Assembly (NCBI GenBank): GCA_964016885.1
Contig: OZ024752.1
Span: forward strand, 18,228,001 to 18,292,000
DNA length: 64,000 bases
Direction of reading: 5' to 3'
Source: Eledone cirrhosa
Taxonomy: Eukaryota
The notes under the pieces were generated by a model. That model ran no database searches. It had not been told where the DNA came from and was given only the letters and a program-made list of their open reading frames with translations. Below, piece after piece: positions 37,801-49,035 of this stretch; positions within the stretch are counted from its first letter, which is position 1; every line of letters begins with the position of its first letter. The position numbers and the translations under genes were made by a program.

Positions 37801-39894
37801 ACTAATAGTTATGTTAGTTGTTCTCAGTATAATGTTGCTATCTACTATATTATAGTACTAATAGTTATGTTAGTACTCAGTATAATCTTGCTATCTACTA
37901 TATTATAGTACTAATATTTATGTTTGTACTCAGTATAATGTTGCTATCTACTATATTATAGTACTAATAGTTATGTTAGTTGTTCTCAGTATAATGTTGC
38001 TATCTACTATATTATAGTACTAATATTTATGTTTGTACTCAGTATAATGTTGCTATCTACTATATTATAGTACTAATATTTATGTTTGTACTCAGTATAA
38101 TGTTGCTATCTACTATATTATAGTACTAATAGTTATGTTAGTTGTTCTCAGTATAATGTTGCTATCTACTATATTATAGTACTAATAGTTATGTTAGTTG
38201 TTCTCAGTATAATGTTGCTATCTACTATATTATTGTACTAATAGTTATGTTAGTTGTTCTCAGTATAATGTTGCTATCTACTATATTATAGTACTAATAG
38301 TTATGTTAGCTGTTCTCAGTATAATGTTGCTATCTACTATATTATACTACTAATATTTATGTTAGTACTCAGTATAATGTTACTATCTATTATATTATAG
38401 TACTAATAGTTATGTTAGTTGTTCTCAGTATAATGTTACTATCTACTATATTATAGTACTAATAGTTATGTTAGTTGTTCTCAGTATAATGTTGCTATCT
38501 ACTATATTATAGTACTAATAGTTATGTTAGTTGTTCTCAGTATAATGTTGCTATCTACTATATTATAGTACTAATAGTTATGTTAGTTGTTCTCAGTATA
38601 ATGTTGCTATCTACTATATTATAGTACTAATAGTTATGTTAGTTGTTCTCAGTATAATGTTGCTATCTACTATATTATAGTACTAATAGTTATGTTAGCT
38701 GTTCTCAGTATAATGTTACTATCTACTATATTATAGTACTAATAGTTATGTTAGTTGTTCTCAGTATAATGTTGCTATCTACTATATTATAGTACTAATA
38801 GTTATGTTAGTTGTTCTCAGTATAATGTTGCTATCTATTATATTATAGTACTAATAGTTATGTTAGCTGTTCTCAGTATAATGTTGCTATCTACTATATT
38901 ATAGTACTAATAGTTATGTTAGTTCTCAGTATAATGTTGCTATCTACTATATTATAGTACTAATAGTTATGTTAGTTGTTCTCAGTATAATGTTGCTATC
39001 TACTATATTATAGTACTAATAGTTATGTTAGTTGTTCTCAGTATAATGTTGCTATCTACTATATTATAGTACTAATAGTTATGTTAGTTGTTCTCAGTAT
39101 AATGTTGCTATCTACTATATTATAGTACTAATAGTTATGTTAGTTGTTCTCAGTATAATGTTACTATCTATTATATTATAGTACTAATAGTTATGTTAGT
39201 TGTTCTCAGTATAATGTTACTATCTATTATATTATAGTACTAATAGTTATGTTAGTTGTTCTCAGTATAATGTTACTATCTATTATATTATAGTACTAAT
39301 AGTTATGTTAGTTGTTCTCAGTATAATGTTGCTATCTACTATATTATAGTACTAATAGTTATGTTAGCTGTTCTCAGTATAATGTTACTATCTATTATAT
39401 TATAGTACTAATAGTTATGTTAGTTGTTCTCAGTATAATGTTACTATCTATTATATTATAGTACTAATAGTTACGTTAGTTGTTCTCAGTATAATGTTAC
39501 TATCTATTATATTATAGTACTAATAGTTATGTTAGTTGTTCTCAGTATAATGTTGCTATCTACTGTATTATAGTACTAATAGTTATGTTAGCTGTTCTCA
39601 GTATAATGTTACTATCTATTATATTATAGTACTAATAGTTATGTTAGTACTCAGTATAATGTTACTATCTACTATATTATAGTACTAATAGTTATATTAG
39701 TACTCAGTATAATGTTGCTATCTACTATATTATAGTACTAATAGTTATGTTAGTTGTTCTCAGTATAATGTTGCTATCTACTATATTATAGTACTAATAG
39801 TTATGTTAGTACTCAGTATAATGTTACTATCTACTATATTATAGTACTAATAGTTATGTTAGTTGTTCTCAGTATAATGTTGCTATCTACTATA
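34805..39894. repeat. 56-bp minisatellite (~90 copies; 53-bp variants), seed copies at 33830-33945
   Basis: Unit TAGTACTAATAGTTATGTTAGTTGTTCTCAGTATAATGTTGCTATCTACTATATTA. Confidence 0.95.
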
Positions 39895-39919
39895 TTTACT
39901 TCTCCATATATTTTAATAG

Positions 39920-40022
39920 CCATCAAAAATATTTACAGCTGCTATATGGACATTCCATTTTGGTTATGACAATTATGGTTGGCCAAGTATGGAACGTGCA
40001 GAAAAAGTTCTTAAAGAAACTC
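39920..40022 (+). CDS. CWH43: CWH43 exon (PSKIFTAAIWTFHFGYDNYGWPSMERAEKVLKET)
   Basis: TAG|...|GTAAGT, 103 nt; AAIW.F.FGYDN.GW.S.ER motif. Confidence 0.95.
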
Positions 40023-40067
40023 GTAAGTAGATATGTCAACATTTCAAGACATTCCATCCGTTTCAGT

Positions 40068-42465
40068 TTATAATTGACCACATTATCATAACATTTGATA
40101 CTTTATAATTGACCACAATATCATAACATTTGATACTTTATAATTGATCACAATATCACAACATTTGATACTTTATAATTGACCACATTATCATAACATT
40201 TGATACTTTATAATTGACCACAATATCATAACATTTGATACTTTATAATTGACCACAATATCATAACATTTGATACTTTATAATTGATCACAATATCACA
40301 ACATTTGATACTTTATAATTGACCACATTATCATAACATTTGATACTTTATAATTGACCACAATATCATAACATTTGATACTTTATAATTGACCACAATA
40401 TCATAACATTTGATACTTTATAATTGATCACAATATCACAACATTTGATACTTTATAATTGACCACATTATCATAACATTTGATACTTTATAATTGACCA
40501 CAATATCATAACATTTGATACTTTATAATTGACCACAATATCATAACATTTGATACTTTATAATTGATCACAATATCATAACATTTGATACTTTATAATT
40601 GATCACAATATCACAACATTTGATACTTTATAATTGACCACAATATCATAACATTTGATACTTTATAATTGACCACAATATCGTAACATTTGATACTTTA
40701 TAATTGACCACAATATCGTAACATTTGATACTTTATAATTGACCACAATATCGTAACATTTGATACTTTATAATTGACCACAATATCGTAACATTTGATA
40801 CTTTATAATTGACCACAATATCATAACATTTGATACTTTATAATTGACCACAATATCATAACATTTGATACTTTATAATTGACCACAATATCATAACATT
40901 TGATACTTTATAATTGACCACAATATCATAACATTTTATACATTATAATTGACCACAATATCATAACATTTGATACTTTATAATTGACCACAATATCGTA
41001 ACATTTGATACTTTATAATTGACCACAATATCGTAACATTTGATACTTTATAATTGACCACAATATCATAACATTTTATACTTTATAATTGACTACAATA
41101 TCATAACATTTGATACTTTATACTTGACCACAATATCATAACATTTGATACTTTATAATTGACCACAATATCGTAACATTTGATACTTTATAATTGACCA
41201 CAATATCGTAACATTTGATACTTTATAATTGACCACAATATCATAACATTTTATACTTTATAATTGACTACAATATCATAACATTTGATACTTTATACTT
41301 GACCACAATATCATAACATGTTATACTTTATAATTGACCACAATATCATAACATTTGATACTTTATAATTGACCACAATATCATAACATTTGATACTTTA
41401 TACTTGACCACAATATCATAACATTTTATACTTTATAATTGACCACAATATCATAACATTTGATTCTTTATAATTGACCACAATATCATAACATTTGATA
41501 CTTTATAATTGACCACAATATCATAACATTTTATACTTTACACTTGACCACAATATCATAACATTTGATACTTTATAATTGACCACAATATCATAACATT
41601 TGATACTTTATAATTGACCACAATATCATAACATTTGATACTTTATACTTGACCACAATATCATAACATTTGATACTTTATAATTGACCACAATATCATA
41701 ACATTTGATACTTTATAATTGACCACAATATCATAACATTTGATACTTTACACTTGACCACAATATCATAACATTTTATGCTTTATAATTGACCACAATA
41801 TCATAACATTTGATACTTTATACTTGACCATAATATCATAACATTTTATACTTTATAATTGATCACAATATCATAACATTTTATACTTTATAATTGCCCA
41901 CAATATCATAACATTTGATACTTTATAATTGACCACAATATCATAACATTTTATACTTTATAATTGACCCCAATATCATAACATTTGATATTTTATAATT
42001 GACCACAATATCATAACATTTTATACTTTATAATTGACCACAATATCATAACATTTTATACTTTATAATTGACCACAATATCATAACATTTTATACTTTA
42101 TAATTGACCACAATATCATAACATTTTATACTTTACACTTGACCACAATATCATAACATTTTATACTTTATAATTGACCACAATATCATAACCTTTTATA
42201 CTTTATAATTGACCACAATATCATAACATTTGATACTTTATAATTGACCACGATATCATAACATTTGATACTTTATAATTGACCACAATATCATTACATT
42301 TTATACTTTATAATTGACCCCAATATCAGAACATTTGATATTTTATAATTGACCACAATATCATAACATTTTATACTTTATAATTGACCACAATATCATA
42401 ACATTTTATACTTTATAATTGACCACAATATCATAACATTTTATACTTTATAATTGACCACAATA
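40068..42465. repeat. 35-bp minisatellite (~68 copies)
   Basis: Unit TTATAATTGACCACAATATCATAACATTTGATACT. Confidence 0.95.
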
Positions 42466-43547
42466 AGGGTTAATTGACTTTCCCCTTCCTCCAGATTGTT
42501 AGCCTTTTGCTTAAATCAGAAGCCATTAATCTATAATCTTCTCTCTTAAACAAAATGTGTATATATATATATATATATATAAACAATAAATGGTGGAGAA
42601 GGCAAAAAAGTTTAAATCCAAACTTTAAATCTTACACAGTGTTTCATCTATACAATAACGAGTAACAGTTCACCCATATATTTGTGCGTGTACGCATGCA
42701 TATACATTGTTGTTAATGGCATTAGTATAGAATCTTCATATCTCTTCTTTTTATATATATATATATATATATATCTATATATATGTGTGTGTAGCAGTTA
42801 AATGTTATTCTTTGATGGATGTTTGATGAAAAGAATAATACCAGGATTGTGATGTTGACAATGTTCATTTTACAATAACAATATGTGACAGAATTTATCG
42901 CTACATTAACTTGCTGGCTAGCTACTTCGAGCTAGCGTGCATGCATGTATCAATACGATGATACAATATAAGTGGTTCAACAGGAAGACGCAAGAATAGA
43001 TAAAACACAGATGTAAACAGTATAATCGAACCTGAGTGTATGTGTGTATATTCTTAGAATACGTTATTCGTCTCAAGGACTGCTACTTCATGTCTGGCTG
43101 TAGTCTGTGTCCGAGAAGGTGAAAGCCAGTAAAGCCAAGAGATAGAAAGATAGTGTGAAAAGTCTGCTAGATTGTTAACCTTAACACGGACTGCTTGCTT
43201 CGGTCTCTGCTGTTAGATTTTCCAAGTCCTTGTATTTATAATAACCCTATAGTTAGAAGAATGTGTATATGGGTTGATTTATGGGCAGCCATCTGTGTTT
43301 CCTCTGTCTACAAGCTGGGGTCACAGGTCAAGTGGTATGTAAGTTTATCATACTTATTTCTTGACAGGGCGATCGTGGGAAACTCCCGATAACGGGTGGT
43401 CTCAGAAGTGAGGAACCTCAGATTCGGTTTTGAATCTTCACCGGTAAAGCATAGGAGTATTCCGTTATATATGTAATATATATTCCCTGAGTTCTGTGAT
43501 AATGCTATAAATACTCCTAATCTCTTTCTTTCTGTGTTTTCTTATAG

Positions 43548-43683
43548 GTGCTGATTTTATTACCTTATTAGAAAGTGATGCTTCAAAGCCATTTCTGGGA
43601 AATAATGATTTAGGCATGTGGTTTGGTCAAAAACTTGGAATGTATGTTGATTTCGGCCCAGCTACCAAGAAGCATACTTGGGG
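43548..43683 (+). CDS. CWH43: CWH43 exon ([45 protein letters not shown])
   Basis: AG/GT boundaries, 136 nt, phases match neighbouring exons; conserved LESD and DFGP...HTWG. Confidence 0.97.
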
Positions 43684-43853
43684 GTAGGTTTACTGATCGG
43701 TTTGTATTTTAGTATAAACCTTTTCATTGATAGAACTTCTCTATTTCTCATGCACATCTATTTTATTCATCTTCTCTCTTACTCTTCTCTCTCCATCATC
43801 ATCATCTTCATCACCTCCACTTTTCTATACAAAGACCAAAATCTGAAACTCAT

Positions 43854-43904
43854 AGTTTCAGATGATCCCACTTAAGGTGAAAGCAGAAATTTTGAGCTTA
43901 AACT
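43854..43904 (+). ncRNA. Variant type I hammerhead motif (CAGATGA core)
   Basis: AGTTT-CAGATGA-T-CC(cacttaa)GG-T-GAA-AGC(agaaattttga)GCT-T-AAACT; homologous to 12096-12146. Confidence 0.6.
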
Positions 43905-43909
43905 TTTAA

Positions 43910-44487
43910 TCTATAATATAATAAAGGGAGGAGTGCGGGACAGCGTCCATTTTATATTTTTTTATCCCATTAGTAAAATAAAATAAGTTGGATTACTTTG
44001 AATAAATATTGAATGAATATTATGTAATTTATCTACCAAATTTCGTAGCTCTTGATTAAACATAAATATTTTTATAAAGTATTGCTTATTTTAAGATTCA
44101 CTTCTTTAAAATTTTCAAATGTCAATGCTTCTGGTCAGCGTCCGTTATATTATAACACTTATTACATTGCTTATATAAACGTTTGTATATTTGCATTGTT
44201 ATGAGGTTTATATTTAGGTTGCTAATTTTCTCATTTTTCGTTTTCATAACATTTTAGTTTATTATATATGCAGTTTATATATAATATTGTCTTTTTAAAT
44301 GTATCATGGATTACTTTACTGATTACAGAAGACTGTAACACAGTCTTTGTTCAATTTCTGTGCATATTGTCAATTACGATTTTATTTGACGTATCATATC
44401 TACATGCATGTATATTTGCTTATAATATCAATATGCACACTACACATGCTAGCAGAAAACCACCCCAAGGGGGGGTTTTTATGCTAG
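43910..44487 (+). mobile_element. Non-autonomous Helitron
   Basis: A|TC 5' end (TCTATAATATAATAAA), subterminal hairpin AAAACCACCC..GGGGGGTTTT, CTAG|T 3' end. Confidence 0.75.
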
Positions 44488-44547
44488 TCTGTACTAATAA
44501 TATATATATATATGTGTGTGTGTATGTGTGTATATATATATATATAC

Positions 44548-47114
44548 ACTGGGGTACATGGTGGGCACGGTTACGGCTCAAGAAATGAAGGAGTTAGACT
44601 TCTTGAATTTTGTGATGCAGGTGCACTGACTGTTTGCAACACTAACTTCCAGGAATCTGCCAACCACCTAATAACCTACAAATCAGGCCAGCACATAAGC
44701 CAGATTGACTTCTTACTAGTTAGGCAGCGGGACAGGCAGATAGTGTCAAATACCAAGGCATACCCTAGGGAAGAATGTACCCCATGGCATAGGTTAGTCG
44801 TTGGTGATATCTCAGTGGGCAAGAGACGGAGTGGGACATGCGGGAGGATTTGGAGAAGAAGGGTCTGGAAGCTGAAAGACCTTTCACTAAAATAAAAATT
44901 TAGGAGGGCCCTTCAGAATGTGAATGGTGAAAAAGAAGACGATTTAGAGTTGTATGACATAGATGATGGCTGGAGTTTCTTGCGTGACAGCTTGCTGCGG
45001 GCTGCTGATGAAACTTGTGGCTGGGGAGGAGCTTCAGCCAGACAGAGAGTGACCTGGTGGTGGAATAGCACAGTAGATAGGGCCATTAGAGACAAAGGAC
45101 TAACATGTAATGCTTGGAAAAAGGGTGGGTGCAGAGAAGGATATACAGCCGCTAAGAGAGAAGCTAGTCGTCAGGTGTACTGAGCACGCAGGGAGGCTGA
45201 GAGTAGGAGGTTTGCCAATGTTCTGCGATGGGAGGATCGGAGACGTGCGGTGTTCCACATTGCAAGGCAGTGTGTCAGTGCAAATCAGGATGTTGTTGGA
45301 GATAAATGTGTCTGGAATGATGCTGGTGTACTTGGTGTCACGAATGATCAGAAAAAGGAGGCCTGGAAATGTCATTATGAGAGACTGATGAATGTGGAGA
45401 ACGAATGGGAGAGAGAAATTACCCTCAGTAGATCCAACAGAAGGACCAGCTATTGAGATTGACGAATATAGGGTCCAAGAGGCGATTAAGGAAATGAAAA
45501 ATGGTAAGGCTACTGGACTGTTGGGGATAGTTGCTGGGATGCTGGGGGCATCGGGGGACGTAGGCACTAAACTGGTTGCATGCATCATCAATCAGGCTAT
45601 ATATGGTGGTGTCATACCCAAAGACTGGTGCAGCAGTATTCTCATAAATTGCTACAAAGGTAAAGGGGATGCTCTGGAGAGGAGCAAATATAGGGGCATA
45701 AAACTGATGGATCAGGTCATGAAAGTGGCAGAAAGGATATTAGAGCAATTAATTAGAGAAAGGGTCAAACTAGATGAGGTGCAGTTTGGTTTTGTGCCTG
45801 GGAAAAGTACAACAGATACCCTCTTGTTGGTGAGACAATTGCAAGAGAGGTTCTTGGAGAAGAATAAGCCATTATACTTAGCTTTTGTTGACCTAGAGAA
45901 GGTCTTTGATAGGGTACCCCAATCTGTCATCTGGTGGTCCCTAAGGAAACTAGGTGTTGAGGAATGACTTTTGAGGACACTGCAAACTTTGTACAGAGGT
46001 GCTGTCAGTAAAGTGAGAGTAGGAATGGAGTTTAGTGAGGAGTTCCAGATGCAGGTAGGAGTACCTCAGGGTTCGGTTCTCAGCCCGCTCTTGTTCATTA
46101 TAGTCCTCCAAGCCATAACAGAGGAGTTTAAGACTGGCTACCCATGGGAACTTCTCTATGCTGACTATCTAGTTCTTATAGCAGAATCAGTAGAGGAGTT
46201 AGAGAATAAATTCTGGCTATGGAAACAGCAGTTGGAAGCAAGAGGACTGAGAGTGAACCTAGCTAAGACAAAAGTGTTGATGAGTAGAAAAGGGGACAAA
46301 ACTCTGATTCCGTCAGGGAAATGGCCATGTTTGATACACAGAAAGGGAACTGGCATAAATTCTATAAAATGTACACAATGTAGATCTTGGGTACACAAGA
46401 GATGAAGTGGGATAGCAGGCAAACTAACAGGTAGGGAGAAATACGTATACAGTAGAAGTCGCATTGATAGACACATTTTTCAAATGCAGGTGGGTGCTAT
46501 AGAAGTGGTTGATAGCTTTCGGTACCTAGGTGATCAGATTAGCATGGGAGTGGGGGGGGGGTCCGAGGCCATAGTATCTAGAATAAGGACGGGTTGGAAG
46601 AAGTTTAGGGAGCTGCTTCCTCTGCTGATGAAGAAGGCTTTCTCCCTGCGTACGAAAGGCCGGTTATATGCTGCCTGTGTGAGGAGCCTGATGCTGTATG
46701 GTAGTGAGACATGGGCAGCAACTGCAAAGGATATGCGACGACTGGAGAGAAATGAGGCAAGCATGCTCCGTTGGATGTGCAGTGAACGACCCAGCATGAA
46801 TGTGTTGAGAGAGAAACTGTGTCTGAGAAGGATAGAATGTAGTGTGCGAGAGAGGAGACTGCGGTGGTATGGACATGTGATGCACATGGAGGATGACTGC
46901 TGGGTGAAGAAGTGCCAAGAAATGCCAGTTGAAGGAAGACGTGGTGAGGTAGACCACGAAAAACTTGGGCGGAGTTGGTGAGAGCAGACCACAGATCGCT
47001 GAAGCTCACGGAGGAGATGACAAAGGACCGTGACAAGTGGAGAGATGCTGTGCTGAATAGGACCCGTCCCACCCTTGCAAGCAGGGAAGAGCGGACGTAA
47101 AATGATGATGATGA
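44548..47114 (+). mobile_element. Degenerate RTE family C LINE (EN C-half + RT)
   Basis: GVHGGHGYGSRNEGVRLLEF...QIDFLL; QFGF, AFVDLEK, GVPQGSVLSP, LYAD; many stops; (GAT)n tail. Confidence 0.93.
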
Positions 47115-47149
47115 TATATATATATATATATGTATGTGTGTGTATATAT

Positions 47150-47395
47150 AAAGTGGTGTGTTGGTGACATGACAAAAAGCACCTGGTCCACCTTGTAAGA
47201 TAGTCATGATGGTGATATGATGTTGGTTGTTTTGGTGCCATGATATAAAGCACCCAGTCTACACTGTAAATGTAGTTGGCATAAGGAAGGACATTCAGCT
47301 GTAGAAATCAAGCCAGAAATAGTTCTGTATGAGCAAGACATGTCTCACAATGGGACAACTCATCTAACTCATGTTAGCGTGAAAAATGGACATTA
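47150..47395 (+). mobile_element. RTE 3' UTR fragment
   Basis: UTR modules, AGGAAGG motif and terminal hairpin. Confidence 0.7.
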
Positions 47396-47500
47396 ACCCT
47401 TTAGCATTTAAACCGACCATATCCAGCCAAAATTCTCTCATCTCTTTCTATTCAAACTGACCATAACCGGCTGCTCATACTTATGTTTTTTTTTTTTCAG

Positions 47501-47565
47501 AAATTTATTTCTTTCCAAGTATCCCATTGTAAAATCTGTTCATCATCTGTTACCGTCTCCTGAAG
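47501..47565 (+). CDS. CWH43: CWH43 exon (NLFLSKYPIVKSVHHLLPSPEG)
   Basis: Poly-T-CAG|...AAG|GTACG, 65 nt; LS.YPIVKS.HHLLPSPEG. Confidence 0.97.
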
Positions 47566-47812
47566 GTACGTCTCCCTAAAACCTACTCATTTTGTGCTGG
47601 GATTTTGAGTATACCTTCACCCTTTTGTGACTATATTTCTAATGAAGGACATTGCTTGTAATTTTCAAATAATTTTTTAAATAATCAAGAATTTAAAGGG
47701 ATTTAGTGATATAAATAATTTTCTTGTTATGTTGGTGTTTGGTGCATAATTTAACAATGTTTGTTGAATAAGATATTGATGGAAAGTTTTTTAATATATA
47801 TTAACACTTTAA

Positions 47813-48030
47813 CCCTTTAGCATTTAAACCAGTTGTAATCGGCCAGAATTCTCTCACCTCTTTCTGTTCAAACTGGCCATAATTGGCTGCTCATACTAAT
47901 ATTAATGTATTTTTCTCAAAATGAATATCAAAATCTCGTAGATTTGATATTATGTTAGATAATTATGTGGGTTAAAGCCTTTACCATGAAAATATGATAG
48001 TAAATATAGAGTAATGTAAATGCTACAGGG
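47813..48030. mobile_element. piggyBac-type MITE nested in an older TTAA MITE (~47620-48085)
   Basis: TTAA|CCCTTTAGCATTTA ... TAAATGCTACAGGG|TTAA; host element homologous to 1981-2200. Confidence 0.8.
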
Positions 48031-48202
48031 TTAAACCAAATAGTTTGGTATCATAGAACCAGGCATGGTTTGGTATTTGAAGGGTTAATCCTTCATACTG
48101 TTTTATTCCTATTTTTCCTTTCTTTAGTGAAGCCCAATTATTGATAATTCTATTCCGTCTTGGATTGGCAAGTGATAAACGAAATGGTTTTATATATTGC
48201 CT

Positions 48203-48283
<81 letters not shown>

Positions 48284-48587
48284 GTGTGTGTGTGTGTGTG
48301 TGTATATACAGATTGTCTGTTAAAGTTTGATATGTTTTATTGTACGTTTATATCATTTGATATATGTATGTGTGTATGTCATTCACTATTTTGTAATAAT
48401 TAAATGCTTGGATTTATTCCTTGAATTTTTCTTTGAGCTTATTCTATCAGTGATAAGATGCATGTTCAAGATTTTCTCAAACATGACATCTATAATTTTA
48501 AATGTAATATATATATATATATATCCATTCATTTTCATTTCATTCATTTCATTTTATGTCCGCTTTTTCCCTGCTTGCATATATATA

Positions 48588-48961
48588 TCATCATCATCAT
48601 CAACGTTTAACGTCCGTGTTCCACGCTTGCATGGGTTTGGACGGGGGTTTTCCCACTTGAGGCAAGAGTGATTGTCTTGCTCGCATAGGACCGTCTGGCA
48701 GGTTTTCTACAGTTGGATGCCCTTCCTAACACCAACCACATTTACAGTGTGGGACTGGGAGGTTTTTACCGTGTTGCCTACACGGCCACATTACAGCGTG
48801 GACTGTGTGTTTTTTTGTCGTGACACCTACACGATCTCATTTGTTTCGGCCTGGATGGTGTGGCACCAACATAACTTTACATAGAAGGGGCGGTGTGGAT
48901 GGGACGGGGGTGTATTTTGTTAGAGATGCCTACTGACTGTAGTAGGTTTTACTATGTATTT

Positions 48962-48963
<2 letters not shown>
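48588..48963 (-). mobile_element. RTE-A 3' UTR-only copy
   Basis: Matches the reverse complement of 21085-21479. Confidence 0.9.
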
Positions 48964-49033
<70 letters not shown>

Positions 49034-49035
49034 AT

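Noticed and set aside
34805-42465. Regular arrays resembling CRISPR
   Set aside because: Head-to-tail repeats with no unique spacers, no cas genes, eukaryotic intron context
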